A DNA stretch of 64,000 nt from Eledone cirrhosa. Its lineage: Eukaryota. The notes under the pieces are model-generated. The model did no database searches and had not been told where the DNA came from. It saw only the letters and a program-made list of their open reading frames with translations. The position numbers and the translations under genes were made by a program. The stretch lies in contig OZ024740.1 in NCBI GenBank assembly GCA_964016885.1, positions 190,650,001 through 190,714,000 of the forward strand, given 5' to 3'. Below, one piece after another: positions 31,190 through 45,092 of the stretch; position 1 is the stretch's first letter, and each line of letters opens with the position of its first letter.

Positions 31190-31772
31190 AGAAATATAAG
31201 CAATCGTTATATTTTCACTAAATAAATGATTTATCCGGATAGTGGTGTTAAGAACCCTTGGACAAATGGAAAAAGTTGAGTATTGACATACATGGGAGTC
31301 GAACCCAATTCTGCGGTTATCAAGGCCACTGTGTTACCAATACACTAACACATCACAGGTCTCCTTCCATTCAAATTAGAAGCCATAATCTTAGCAAGTA
31401 TAATGTTAAGTAAGAATGTCTTCGAAACAGCGAGCGAGTTTGAAATTAGAAATATAAGCTATCGCTTATTATTTAGCCTGATAGTGGTGTTAAGAATCCT
31501 CGGAAACATGGAAAAAGACGAGTATTGACGTATAGAGCTTCTAATTTGAATGGAAGAAGACGGGTAATGTGTTGGTGTAATGTTAGCACAGTGATCTGGA
31601 TAGCCGCAGATGTGGGTTCGACTCCCATGTACCTCAATACTCATCATATTCCATTTCTACGAGTGTTCTTAATCCCACTATCAGGCTAAATAATTTATTT
31701 AGTCAATATACGGCGATAGCTTATATTTCTAATTTCAAACTGGCTCGCTGTTTCGAAAACATTCTTACTTGT
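31190..31772. mobile_element. tRNA-containing 258-bp unit in tandem-plus-inverted arrangement
   Basis: GAAATATAAGC at 31191 and 31449; inverted copy about 31536-31770 contains TGGTGTAATGTTAGC (A box) and GGTTCGACTCC (B box). Confidence 0.72.
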
Positions 31773-31791
31773 CATACATATATATATATAA

Positions 31792-32402
31792 TAGATGTAA
31801 TCTGTGTTTTTCGAATATTAATAATAACATTCGATTCGTTTACAATTATGCCTCAATTTTTAAAGCCAAGGCAAAACAAAATGAGGTTTGTTTGCATAAT
31901 TGCAAACGTATCGAATGTTATTATTAATATTCGAAAATTCATATTACATTTATTGTATTCATCCATGTAGAGCGAAAACTCTTTTTGTTTTATCTGAATG
32001 TGGCAAAGGCGGTCATTTATCGTTCGTATACAGGGAACTGACTGGCCGGTCCGCTGATATGTAAATCTGGCTGATCAGTGGATCTGCTAATATGCAGATC
32101 TGATTGATTAGTCAGTCTGCTAATATGAAATTCAGGCCGATAAGTCACCGTATATTTTAGAAAATAGCATATATTTTCACTAGCTCTGACAGTTCGCAGG
32201 TGAATAGTGAGCTGTACTGATGAAGGGTGATACTCAGAAACATTAGTGTCTGCAGATCTGTTTACATGCCAACACAAAAGGAAGAATGAGAGGGCTTATT
32301 CTACTGACATGGCTTTAAACATGAGGCTTGTTTGCATAATTGCAAACGAATCGAATGCGATTATTAATATTTGAAAAATTCAGATTACATTTACTGTATT
32401 CA
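31792..32402 (+). mobile_element. HHR element with 440-bp period and inverted 5' piece
   Basis: 31881-31961 repeats at 32321-32402; 31792-31849 is inverted relative to about 31895-31952. Confidence 0.78.
32212..32255 (+). ncRNA. Minimal type I HHR
   Basis: CTGTA-CTGATGA-A-GGGT-GAT-ACTC-A-GAAA-CATTAGTG-TC-TGCAG. Confidence 0.8.
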
Positions 32403-32404
32403 GC

Positions 32405-32808
32405 TTTGCAGGGGCAATCCGTCTTTTGGACTGTGTATTGATAAACGGATAAATATTGTAAGGGGATTACGCAATAGCGATTCCCTAAATTCAAGAAATA
32501 ATATCTTCACACGCTGTCCAAATGTCTGCAAACAGCTCTTACATAACTACAAAGCTCTGGATTGAACAACAACAACATTCTAATTTTCTAATGAACTCTA
32601 ATTTCTTTTCCTAACTTTCGCATTTATCTCCCTTACACCTTTCGCCCGTGGCTTTTATCGATTGGATGAAGTGACCGTTTCTGCGCAAGCGCGTTCATAC
32701 GGTTGTTCTTCCTGTTCTGTATAACCATCACCAGTACGAGCTGAAGATCAGCTAAGGTTAAACAATTGTTCTCGGTATGGTGAACTAACTGTTGTGTTAC
32801 CACTTATG
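32405..32808 (+). mobile_element. Second family D PLE 3' end
   Basis: RGNPSFGLCIDKRINIV..IFTRCP..LLHNYK then UTR and HHR remnant at 32737-32774; homologous to about 30131-30530 in opposite orientation. Confidence 0.78.
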
Positions 32809-33212
32809 TCTCTCTCTATATATAGTTGTGTTTTTGCTCAATTTCTAGATAATATAAATCAAGTATAGATATATGTATGCAGGATTTGCAGAATATATTT
32901 CTCATCAATCTATATTTTTGCACTAAATAAATATACTAAAAGTATATTTACGACTGAAACATTCTGAATTTCATAGATTATGAATTATCATATATATACA
33001 CTCTGTTTTGGTTTTAGTCACCTGATTTCAGTTGTTGTACACCCTAGAATTATTCATGTGCCCAGCACGTATCTTAGAACTAGTTATTGTATACTACAGT
33101 TACCAATATCCCTCATAAATAATAGTAAAACAAAATTGTATATTATTAATATTTCTACAGAACAAATCGCACACACACATTTCACGCACAAACACACGCA
33201 TATATATCTATA

Positions 33213-33267
<55 letters not shown>

Positions 33268-33273
<6 letters not shown>

Positions 33274-34663
33274 AGTCCCTCATCAGCGATTTGCCGACGA
33301 TCATAGATATTTCATTGCATTAAAAATCATATACCTCACGTCGGTGCAATAATAACCAAAATAAGTTATTAGGACAATTGAAACGCGTAAAGCGAGTGAG
33401 ACAGGAGAACAACAAAGAGTATAGCTAACCGTAGGGGAAAGAAACAAGCTTCAACATTATTCTGTTTAGCATAAGCTAGGTGAATATATGAGCGCTTTAG
33501 AAAAAAGACCTGACACGAACGATGGCCATGTGAGAAGAGAGAAAAATAGCCTTCGTGGTGTACAGAATGAAATGAAGAGAGGAGAAACAGTGAGTGAGTG
33601 AAAGTGTGAGGAAGAGTTAACTGACATGACAGAGGGGGCGAAAGAAGGTAGGAGAAACAGAGTGAATGGGGGAGCAGTAAGAGAGAGAGAGAAAAACACA
33701 CATAATCGCAGTTTGGGTAAATATATGTAATAAAATATAGAGAAAAATACTGCAGGTAGCACATGGATAACATGTAATAAAATGAGTCCCTCATCAGTGA
33801 TTTGCCGACGATCATAGATATTTCATTGCATTAAAAATCATATACCTCACGTCGGTGCAATAATAACCAAAATAAGTTATTAGGACAATTGAAACGCGTA
33901 AAGCGAGTGAGACAGGAGAACAACAAAGAGTATAGCTAACCGTAGGGGAAAGAAACAAGCCTCAACATTATTTGTTTAGCATAAGCTAGGTGAATATATG
34001 AGCGCTTTAGAAAAAAGACCTGACACGAACGATGACCATGTGAGAAGAGAGAAAAATAGCCTTCGTGGTGTGTCGGCAAATCACTGATGAGGGACTCATT
34101 TTATTACATGTTATCCATGTGCTACCTGCAGTATTTTTCTCTATATTTTATTACATATATTTACCCAAACTGCGATTCTGTGTTTTCTTCTCTCTCTCTC
34201 TTACTGCTCCCCCATTCTCTCTGTTTCTCCTACCTTCTTTCGCCCCTCTGTCATGTCAGTTAACTCTTCCTCACACTTTCACTCACTCACTGTTTCTCCT
34301 CTCTTCATTTCATCCTGTACACCACGAAGACTATTTTTCTCTCTTCTCACATGGCCATCGTTCGTGTCAGGTCTTTTTTCTAAAACGCTCGTATATTCAC
34401 CTAGCTTATGCTAAACAGAATAATTTTGAAGCTTGTTTCTTTCCCCTACGGTTAGCTATACTCTTTGTTGTTCTCCTGTCTCACTCGCTTTACGCGTTTC
34501 AATTGTCCTAATAACTTATTTTGGTTATTATTGCACCGACGTGAGGTATATGATTTTTAATGCAATGAAATATCTATGATCGTCGGCAAATCACTGATGA
34601 GGGACTCATTTTATTACATGTTATCCATGTGCTACCTGCAGTATTTTTCTCTATATTTTATTA
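33268..34663. mobile_element. Fold-back of tandem about 510-bp units in (TA)n
   Basis: About 1.55 units at 33268-34071 (ATGAGTCCC at 33271 and 33782) joined to about 1.15 inverted units at 34072-34663. Confidence 0.9.
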
Positions 34664-35099
34664 TATATATATATATATATATACATCTGAGCATTAACCA
34701 ATATTTGTTTCAATTGACTATGGTGTGCTTTTATTTCCTGCTCAAATTGAATATAAGTTTCAGAATATTTCATGGTTATGAAATATATAGAGTGTCATTG
34801 ATCAAGACAGATAGATCACAAAGAAAAATGAACCAAAAATTAATAGGCCCTTTTGTTTGATTTTCCTAACGAAAATATACATGCACTCATCTTGGTGCGT
34901 GTAGGTATTATTTGTTAAGGATTTCAAAATTTATTCAATGAAGTGCATTATATATTGAAACTATTAATACAGCTGTTTGGTGTACTGAGTTAAAATACAG
35001 ACAGTAAAACAATATTCTCTTAGGTTCAGTAAAATAAACATATTATCAATAATATCTACGTTTAATCTTATCGAATCGTCTAACATTATGATTTCTGAT

Positions 35100-35292
35100 A
35101 AGGGCGGTGAATTGGCAGTATCGGTAGAGGGTTGGACGCCAAGCTTTCTAGCATAGTTACATCCCTTTACTGTCTGAGTTCAAATCCCGCCGAGGTTAAC
35201 TTTGCCTTTTATCCTTGCGGGATCGATAAAATAAAGTGTCAGTAATGTACTGGGTAATTGCTGGCCTTGTGCCAAATATAGAAACAATTATG
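35100..35292 (+). mobile_element. tRNA-derived SINE, full length
   Basis: A box TGGCAGTATCGG, B box GAGTTCAAATCC, central domain resembling the Meta-SINE domain, AGAAACAATT tail. Confidence 0.92.
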
Positions 35293-35350
35293 ATTTCTGA
35301 TATTCTATTAATTTTAGAAATGAATATTATTTCATATGTACACATACACT

Positions 35351-35388
<38 letters not shown>

Positions 35389-36247
35389 TATGTATGACTA
35401 AATAAGTATAAACATATATATTCACAAACACACACATATTTTCACACACTCACATGTATGTATTATGTATAATACTTGAATGTTAAATGAAATATAGACA
35501 CTTATTTAAATTGGTATATTTATGAATACTAAGAATTACAAGAGATACTGATCTTTTTATTTATTTTAACAAAGACTAGGTTAAGAGATAAATATTTTCA
35601 GCTGATACAAATAGATAGGTCTTGAGCCTTCGATCGACTATACATGAAAAATACAAAAGTTAAGCTAATTCTTTTGTAACAGACAAAGTTAAAATTCCTT
35701 GTTAAATGGAGATTAATTCAATAAAGTCCTCACATCCCTGTAATGTGAAATCTAATAATATTACCAAGCAACGACTATATTATAATCATTTAAATGTGTA
35801 TTGGAAAAATAAAGCCCAATCATGTTTTTATAATTCCATAGTATTCATGTAAATGTATAATAGGAAATCATGAAAACTCTATAAAATTACGTGTACGTTT
35901 TAGTATTTCCCATTATGAGAGAGAAATATTGCCTGTATAAACTCGTTAGAAATCAACAAATTCTCAGAACAAGCTCCTCTCGCAATGTGTGATAGGAAAT
36001 ATAATTGTAAGTATCTGTACGACTGGCTTCCATTGATTTCATACAGATAAATTAGAGAGAACGAAGTAACGACGCAGTAGTTTTATTACTTTCAAGATCA
36101 AACTTTCAAATTAACATCGGACCAGTATAGTAAGATCAATTGTAATCTGAATTTATAACGCTAACTTGCTTACTTTAGTTTCATCATCACGTGATATAAC
36201 AATTAGTAATATAACCATTAAATCAAGACAGTGATATATAACTAACG

Positions 36248-36590
<343 letters not shown>

Positions 36591-37884
36591 ATATTCCTAT
36601 CTTGGTATGTACTCATCTACTACCACATCCATCTTGAGTATATATATATTATTTTGAAAACACTATTTTGAAGAAAGTGTTGTTTACGTTGATACTGTAT
36701 TATTACATATTTTAGCCATATACACAGATGGAATTAGAAATGGAAAATACAGCGGTTCATGCTTACTGAAGCAATTATACATATAGATAATCGAGCGAAG
36801 ACCTCGTTACCTATATTATGCTAACACACTCCTAATGGATTATGAATTATTTATTTAGTGACCATTCTATACCAGGAGTTCTAAGCAAAATAATGACTCA
36901 TACAACTAAATATAAAATTCATAGAAATTCCACTGTGTCTCAATAGAGAATTGGGAGAATTAACATCTGTATTTAACCTATCATAAATTTAGAACATTTT
37001 CTTCCCTAGATCTCATGTAGTTTTGTTAAATTCCATTTTGAAAACAACCGTTGTAAGTTGCCTCACGCCGGGAAACTGTTTTTACAACCCTAGTTACAAT
37101 ATTTGATACATATGATAAAAGTTAATTGTGAAAATGTACTTACCCCTGTAACTTTATCATTTATATTCTATTGCAATCGCATGTTTTTGAACAATTGAAA
37201 AACATACACTTGTGTTTCATCATACTGTATTTGTATTCTGGTTGAATTAGCAGGCAAATAAAATATCGTCTTAAAGAGACACTAAATAACAGGAGACTTG
37301 TTTTACATTAAAAGTTGCTGAAAGCTGGACTTTATTTCTAGACAAGCATTCCTTGACGACACTGTCTTCCAAAGAGCATATTCAAGAATCAATTATCCAT
37401 AAAGAAAATATCTTCTAATTTTGCTGCGATGACTCACTGGTTCAGCTCTCATACACAAACTTCACTTTTAATGTTATTTATTTTTTCGTATCGTTTTTCA
37501 TAGATGTATTAAAGTAAACATTATTTCACAAAGTATGCATATATGTATGCAAAGGGCGAAGGAATTCACCAGAGTCAACAGACATCCAAATAGTATTTTT
37601 TTCCGTCTGGGTATGAAAGGATCCCAGTTCTTGTCACAACATCTTTCTATGAAAAAGATCTTGCGGCTTCGGAAGCATCCGATGATGTTGAGCAGATCTT
37701 TTCGGGTCGTGTTTTCGACGGTCAGAGAGTGGGATTGGTCGAGTGCAAGGCCTTTTCCCACTTAAAAATAAATCCTCCAAAGCACAGGTATTGTTTGTTC
37801 AGGTTATGTTACAGGTTCGTGTGGCTGGCTGTAGCCTAAAAGTGTACTATTTTCTGTAATCTGAGAAGCGATTGCAATATTCTT

Positions 37885-38270
37885 ATAAGAGGTTGCAGCC
37901 ATCATAAGAGTCAACCGCCATCCGATAGTGTGTACATATGTATATACACATGAACCGCGTGGTTAAACCACTGGGAGTGAATGACACCTAGCCTTTGTCA
38001 GGGCATTCCTCTAGGAGAAGGCAACTCAGGAAACTGGGATAACTCCGATATAAAACCTGCGGCTCAGTTGTTACCGATGATGTTGATCTTTTCTTCTTTT
38101 CGGGTTATAGCTACTGTCGTTCAGAGATGGCATAGATTCAGTGCACAGTCTTTACTCACTTTAAAAAATATCTTGACACACAGGCATTGCACGATATAAT
38201 TAATTAATAATTATTAATAATGGTATATCGTGCAATGGCCATACTCGATAAAGAGGGGGTAGCCATCATG
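37885..38270 (+). mobile_element. Possible RTE 5'-UTR-related interspersed repeat
   Basis: AGGGCATTCCTCTAGGAGAAGGCAACTC resembles a motif I recall from RTE 5' UTRs; small hairpin CATTGCACGATATA..TATATCGTGCAATG. Confidence 0.35.
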
Positions 38271-38400
38271 TGTTTATGTATGTGTGTATGTAGTATGTAT
38301 GTATGTATGTATGTATGTATGTATGTATGTATGTGTGTGTATGTATGTATGTTTGTATGTATGTATGTACGTATGTATGTGTGTATGTATGAATGTACTT
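38270..38400. repeat. (TATG)n microsatellite
   Basis: Direct reading. Confidence 0.93.
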
Positions 38401-39462
38401 ATATAAGTATGTGTGATTGTAAGTATGTAATGGTTAAGAGTAAGAACATAAAATAATCAACAAATGGCATTTCACTCCCAGTATACTATAGATTGCAATT
38501 TGGCGCCCAAGGCATATATTTTCGTTTTTAGGGCCTGACACTCCCAACATGTTACTCAAAACCCGCTGTAAATATGACAATTTGAAACAATTCTATTTTT
38601 CAGCAGACTGGTATACGTAAAAATTTACAAAATCTAGTGAAATACGCTTAGCGACGAAACGCGTGGTCAGCACTCGCAAATGAACATCACACTCCTTATA
38701 TCTCCCGTCCCGGCCGAGTGATCTAACCATTGATGTAAGTTTGACTGACCACCGTCTGCGTCTAAAAAAGGTAGCTATATCGAACAAGGTACATAGTAAC
38801 TTAGAAATTAAGGCAAAATACGATTTGGGAAGCAATATGTTAGAAGGAAACATTACAAAAAAAACTACAAAGAATCCCTGAAAAAATTCTTGAATATCAA
38901 TATGTGAACCTGGTAACTTCAATAGCTTTTACAGATTACAGGACGTAATATTCGAATTCCAGGATTTCTGTGAAGGTGTATTCTGTCCATTGTTTTTCTT
39001 ATAAATAATTTCATCTTCATTACAAGTATTTATCCTGTTTATATTCACAGCTACCGGCCATGGGTTGCTGTCCGTCTTAGTAATGAAGAAACTTACTTTA
39101 AACCACCATATCTAGTTCTCTCCTTGCTAGCAGATGGGGATTTCTATCCCTGGAAATGACTAGTGTAGCAAATAGTTTCTAACTGTGTATGTTATATTTG
39201 TACCGAAGTTAATCACCCTGCAGTTTACCTAAAACGGCACCAAAAAGGATCCCGTGCCAATCAAATTATTGCAGCCAAGAAACTAATCTGTAGACTGCGT
39301 GGTGTGATATGTAAGTCATTTCATGGTTTGATGAACCGTCTAAGTCGACTGCATCATCAATAAATTGTATTGGCCAACTTGCGTTCTTTTTTGTTTGTTC
39401 TAAAATGAGGCTGTACACTGACACGTGCTGGCTTACAAAATATGTATCAATAGCTATCTACA

Positions 39463-39464
39463 TT

Positions 39465-39545
<81 letters not shown>

Positions 39546-39650
39546 ACCTCTCTCTCTCTATATATATATACATATATGCGCGTGTGTGTGTGATTGGGTG
39601 TGTGTGTGTGTGTGTGTGTGTTGTGTGTGTGTGTGTGGTGTATGTGTGTA
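39463..39650. repeat. (TC)n-(TA)n-(TG)n compound microsatellite
   Basis: Direct reading. Confidence 0.93.
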
Positions 39651-41654
39651 TTTATTTGTATAACGACAAATATTAGCGTCGACTATACATCGAAATATTA
39701 GTATTTAATTATTGTTGGCAATTGTATACTATTCCCTTAAATTATTGGAGCATGAAAGTGAACAAACATATATTGTTTCTAATGGAATTGTGACTATTTA
39801 TGGTTATAAAAATAACATATCAGCTCGTATGGAATATATTTTCTGATTTCAACCATAAAATAATTAGTGAATTACTGCATCACCTAATCAATGACTTAGT
39901 CAATATATCGATATATCGTTGGAAATATCAATTATTTATAGCGAAGGAAATGTGGTAATATCGACGCAGGAAGATTCAACTATGTGCCTTTCATTCGAAA
40001 GAATAAGGTATTATTTAAATATCTGAAACTTTCTGAATGAATCGGTCAATACAATTCATGAATATTACTGTATAGTCATTTTAACACTCAATATTCTTTG
40101 CTCTGGCAAACATTAATTGAACCGATATGAAGACAGACAGTCTATCAAGCATTATTATTGCTAAACGGCTTCCGTCTGTTACTAACGTTGCACGATCTTT
40201 AGTATAGCTCTTGAAGAAACTAAATAAATGGATGTACTCACTTCACTGAATAAATTGTGTGTAATATGACTTCACAAACTGTGACATTGAACATATCAGT
40301 TACATATTTCTAGTGAGCAATCAGCAAAGCATATGCAAAGCTACAAGCAGAAGAGTATACACCAGAAACCTAGACATTCAGTTTCAGGGATTATTTAACA
40401 TGAATACTTCACTCAGAATTTAAGCTACACCAGTGACCAGGAATAGATATTCGATTATATTTACGTTTCGACAAATTGATTTCATATTGAAAAATGTAAG
40501 ACTTCTCCAAAGAATCACTGAAATGAGAAATGTCTTCGCAAACGGATTAGCCACGACTAAGAATATGAATGGTCAATCTAGCATTTAAAATATGTATAAT
40601 GTATTGTGGTTAAGAAATGGAATATTATGAATATATATGTTTGTGAGACATTGCATGATCATGAAGATTCCGCAGAAGACTTATGAGCACGCGAATACAC
40701 AAATTAATCATATATATGATATACCATTCAACCATTCAACAGAATACATACAGTGGAAAGCACACTGACAAACAAAGTTGTCTGAGTAAAGTAATGAGTG
40801 GAAATATAATTTTCTCTTACATTTATTGAAATAGTACACTTTGTCTAGAAAAACAAAAAAACAAATATAATATATTCTCGCTAGCCGAGTCAACAAACGA
40901 AACATTACAGGTTAAATAGCATTTGCTTTAGATATTTACTTCTCTGAAATCAACGACTAGAAATTATTCAATTATATGCCAACATTTGTCTAGAGAAATG
41001 CCTCTTTTAATCTTGATATATGAACTTGAGACATGAATTGCATTACCAATAGATTAGATAGGTATCTAAAATAAGACTTTCATCTATACTATGCTAAAAT
41101 AAAAAAAAAGAAATAGAATACAATAAAAATCAGATTCATCCTTCCAGATCATTATTCTCGATAATAAATTCGTAGTGTATCTTCAGTAATTTCAACATTA
41201 GCAAATGTTACATCCTAATAGCTTTCATATTTCCTACGTAAAGTATCTTAGCAGTCCTATCGTCTGTTTTTAAAATATCAACTTTAGAAGAAACTAAAAG
41301 TGATGTAGCATGAAACGCCCAGACATATGAAGATTTAACTTGACGTTTATTAGATTTGAGGTCACGTAGAGACAAAGAAACGAACATTTTCAATAGTTCT
41401 CTTATTACAAATGATACATTCATTAATGGTATAATGAATCTTTTATAATTCTTTAAATCATTTATTCACTATATACGATCTCAAAATCTGTCATGAAAGG
41501 TCATTGGCATTATATATAAATAATTGAACAGTAACTAAAAAAAACAAAACATACTACTAAATGGAAAAAAAATAAGAAGAAATAAAATTAAAAAGAGAAA
41601 AACAAAGAAGGATAAAGAAGCGAAATAAATTGAGGTGTAAAGAGATATTAACTA

Positions 41655-43530
41655 CAGCCCAGTGTGAGCGGTGCTTCACGCGCCCCGCACGGCAAAAGTA
41701 TTACCGAGGAGAATGACCAGATGCAACCGCTACAACAGCCGTCCCCAGCTCACGGGGCTCCTTTCTAAAGTAGGCAACCATTCTTCCCGCTTAAGGACGC
41801 AAGAAGGCTTGACTGAGACCGGTGCAAAGAGGAATCGATCGGTCAAAACCCGCTAATTGACTATCTTCCCCTCCTCTGCATTGCAAGAAGTGGTGCCCGT
41901 GTTTGTATGTGGATAACGGGCCGTTGCACGTTGCGTCCTGATTTGGTGATTTGCCCTTTTCGAGAATGGAGAAGGTTAACCTATCTGGACACATGCCATT
42001 ATCTAGGTTGAGGCTAGTTGACTCCAATTTTGAAGGGAAGCCCACTTCATTGAGGCTCTTTCTCATAATTATTTCTACTTCTGGCACAAGGCCGACAATT
42101 ATCCCAGTGCATTACTGGTACTTTATTTTATCGACCTCGTAAGGATGAAAAGCAAAGTTAACCTCGGCAGGATGTGAACTTAGACCATAATGCCGTTCAG
42201 AGAGGCGTGCCGAGAGAGCTGGCCTGCATTAGGGCGGTAAGATAACTGGTGCAAACCGAACATGTAGATGACTGCTTCTCAATGGCATCTGCGTAGCTCA
42301 CAACTACTGAGGACTAGGCACTGTGCCACTTCATTTCGGGTGAACTCCACATCAAGAACGCTACCGGCTGATAGTGAGTGCAGTAAATGGTGTCAAGTGC
42401 CATTGCTACGTTGCGAAGTGGAGCCTAGACAGCAGTAATGGTGTTAGTTCCAGAAATTTTAGATCCGACTCTAATCGGACTTGGGCCACTTACCGTTAAA
42501 AGGAATTTGGGGAGAGCAAAGCAGCTTCTTAGGGGGAAGAGGACGCGTGGTGTATCGATAATGCGTAATCGCTCCGTCATCCTCGTCAACTATGCATGTT
42601 TGGTCTCCATGATCTCACGTAAGTTTTTTAGGATCATTGTGGAACCAGGAATGGGGACGGTGTTCATTGGGATCAGCCGAGGCACAGTCAGGATAGATTC
42701 GACTTTTCCGTGACTCACATTGATTACCTAGTATTTCGTCGAGTAAAACTGCAGTCCTATGTGCATTTGGCCAAGAATAAACCACCATAAATCCTCAGCA
42801 GCCAAATCAGCCGACATTCACAGCGTAACTCCGTCCAAGTTCTAATAACATCATCAACCAGCGAGAAATGGAACGGGCCAAGTGGGTTCCTTTGCTGGAA
42901 ACCGATGCAGAGGTTCTCTGCGTGTCAGATGCTTTGCTTATCCCGGAGGTACCATAATAGACATGTGTGAGAATGTGTAGTGAGCTCCTGCCTAACGTTG
43001 TCAGTGGTCCAGGTTCACAAGGAAGTGAGCTGAGGAATGGGCTGATGTGTCTGACTATATGAGCTGCCACCTCACATCTAAACTTAAACTCCACTAATAG
43101 GTGGACAGGCCTGCTTAACTCGCCCGTGTAGTCACGGACTAGAAGCAAACTACCTTGGCTGCAAATCACCAAAAAGCTTTACCTACTGCATTCATCTTCA
43201 GCGCCGTAGAATAGGCTGAGAAGAAATCACGGGCATGGTGGTGGATGTAGCCACGAGAAAGCTCGTTGGTGAGATTTGTGAAAGAGTGACACAACCGCAT
43301 TCCCGCCTCAGTTTAGTGTGGCGAGATTAGATCTCTGAGGTGGCGGGTCGCAGTCAATACACTTAGCCACTGCTTCTCCTAGGCAACTGTCTTAGGATCG
43401 GATGCGGACAAGGCAACAGCACTGGGATTTTGAATTCCCTGATGTTGGCTGGTGGTTTTAGGTGCTTGAGGCGGAGAGCGGCCAAGACCATCCGATTTGT
43501 GCTGGAGTACCATGTCGGACCAGCCCAGCA
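41655..43530 (-). mobile_element. Decayed CRE-like (restriction-like endonuclease) non-LTR retrotransposon, interrupted by a SINE
   Basis: FRCEVAAHIVRH (RT region), GLHQLSY..SRHASLNGI (decayed CCHC/RH motif), SLNEVGFPSKLE..MCPDRLT..GKS..DATC (PD..D endonuclease), VILLGN. Confidence 0.72.
42064..42190 (-). mobile_element. 5'-truncated tRNA-SINE nested in the CRE-like element
   Basis: Shared core and tail; splits the motif LNGI|MRKSL. Confidence 0.88.
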
Positions 43531-43879
43531 CACGTAACCGTCTATGAAAGATTATGCACGGTCACTCAAATTATATTTTCATAATTTAAAGGCTACAATG
43601 CTTAATATAAATCAACTCATACTGATATTAAAATGTAACCACGTTTAAGTGTCATTGCTCTCTAGAGGGTTCTGTGGAGCTAGACAAATTATAATTTATG
43701 CTATCAAATACGACGTTTGTAATTGCAAAGGCATTCGATTTTTACCTGCCAAATCATGCGAGGGTTACCTAAAAATGATAAAAATTAATGGATTTTAACA
43801 ACAAAATTGTGTCATAGATAATTCAGATCTATGAATTCACTGATATAAAATTATCAAATACATGATTGTAAATTGTCCT

Positions 43880-44450
43880 TATAGGGTCGTAGGGGCATGA
43901 GCGACTCTGTCAGTAGCAAACATCTCTAAATGATCCAGCTGGATCCCAAAGCGTGACTAGCGAAGCTCATGGATTTAATCCAACTATCTTGCTCAGGGTC
44001 TATCTCTGGGTCTCTTGCCGCTTGTATTTGACTATAAAATGTTTCCAGCGATCATTTAGTGAGACATTATAACTACATGCTCATAATATCGGAATTGTGA
44101 TCTCTACCAGGTGTGATTTTCTGGTCTCTGAGCTATTGACTCTATCGAATAACGTTACTCCAAAGACTCTTCGGAGGAATCCCATTTCTGCTGCTTTTAT
44201 TTGCAATTGTATCATTTTGGTCATTACTCTAGATTCATGATCCTCGGTCAGAGTTGGCAGGAATACCACGAAGACAGTGAGTTTAGCTTTTACACCTTCT
44301 TCCGATTGCTTAATGCTGAAGCTGCCGCATTACTGCATCACCGTTTGTAATTCTTGCACTTATTTCAGCCTCCTGCATTCCATCACTCATGAACACGCCA
44401 CCAACATACTTGAACTTTTCTAACAGCTTCAGTAGAACTCCATTTATATA
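43880..44450 (-). mobile_element. RTE-like LINE 3' fragment
   Basis: EKFKYVG, IKAAEMGFLRRVFGVTLFDRVNS, GKRPRDRP motifs. Confidence 0.8.
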
Positions 44451-44659
44451 TATATAAATTTGAGGGAGTTCTGTCCACCCGTCCATCACACAATGTGTAT
44501 GTCTGTTTGTGTGAATGCATGTGTGTCTAAAAGGAAGGAATGTGATACATACATATATATGTGTAAATTATAAACAATGACACACACACACGTGTCTCTA
44601 ATTTAAGAACGCCGACAAACTCACGCGGGCGCACATACACACACTTTCCTATTACCACT

Positions 44660-45092
44660 TAAGAGCTCTGGCACGGGAAAACATCCCCTCAACTTTGGAA
44701 CCGTCTGGGTTGTCCTGAATTGATGGGAAAAGAGTTTACGGCTTACTCTGAGCTCCTGGTGTCTTACCTGGGACGTCACAGTTAGTGATTATTTTGCTTC
44801 TTCCCAAATTCTGGATGCAGAGGTAAGGGCGAGAGCTACAACATCCGTAGCTGAACCGTACAAAATCCTAAAATACCGCGTTCTGTCAGCTAATTACATT
44901 ATCCAGCCTGTGGCGTTCGAGATCTCTGGGGGAGTCGGGCTACGGACAGCGAGATTTGTATCTTCACTGGCGTCTCGCCAAACAGAGTTATCTGGTAATA
45001 CTCGTGAGGGCACATGGTTGTTCCAACACCTCAGCATCGCCATCATCCCAGGTAACGCTGCGAGCGTGCTGGCCTGCCTCAAACATTATTAG
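44660..45092 (+). mobile_element. CRE-like element 3' end (RLE endonuclease)
   Basis: IPSTLEPSGL..DGKR, LTWDVTVSD, KYRVL..QPVAFEISGGVG..REGTWLFQHLSIAIIPGNAASVL. Confidence 0.82.

Noticed and set aside
31566-31636. Functional tRNA gene
   Set aside because: A and B boxes are present but acceptor and anticodon stems are poor and it lies in a repeat unit; treated as tRNA-derived
33369-34860. 148-aa hydrophobic ORFs on both strands
   Set aside because: Mirror products of the fold-back repeat in CT-rich sequence
36600-41600. Host-gene exons in the repeat-poor region (also 59-64 kb)
   Set aside because: No recognisable coding motif; small exons cannot be excluded without RNA-seq
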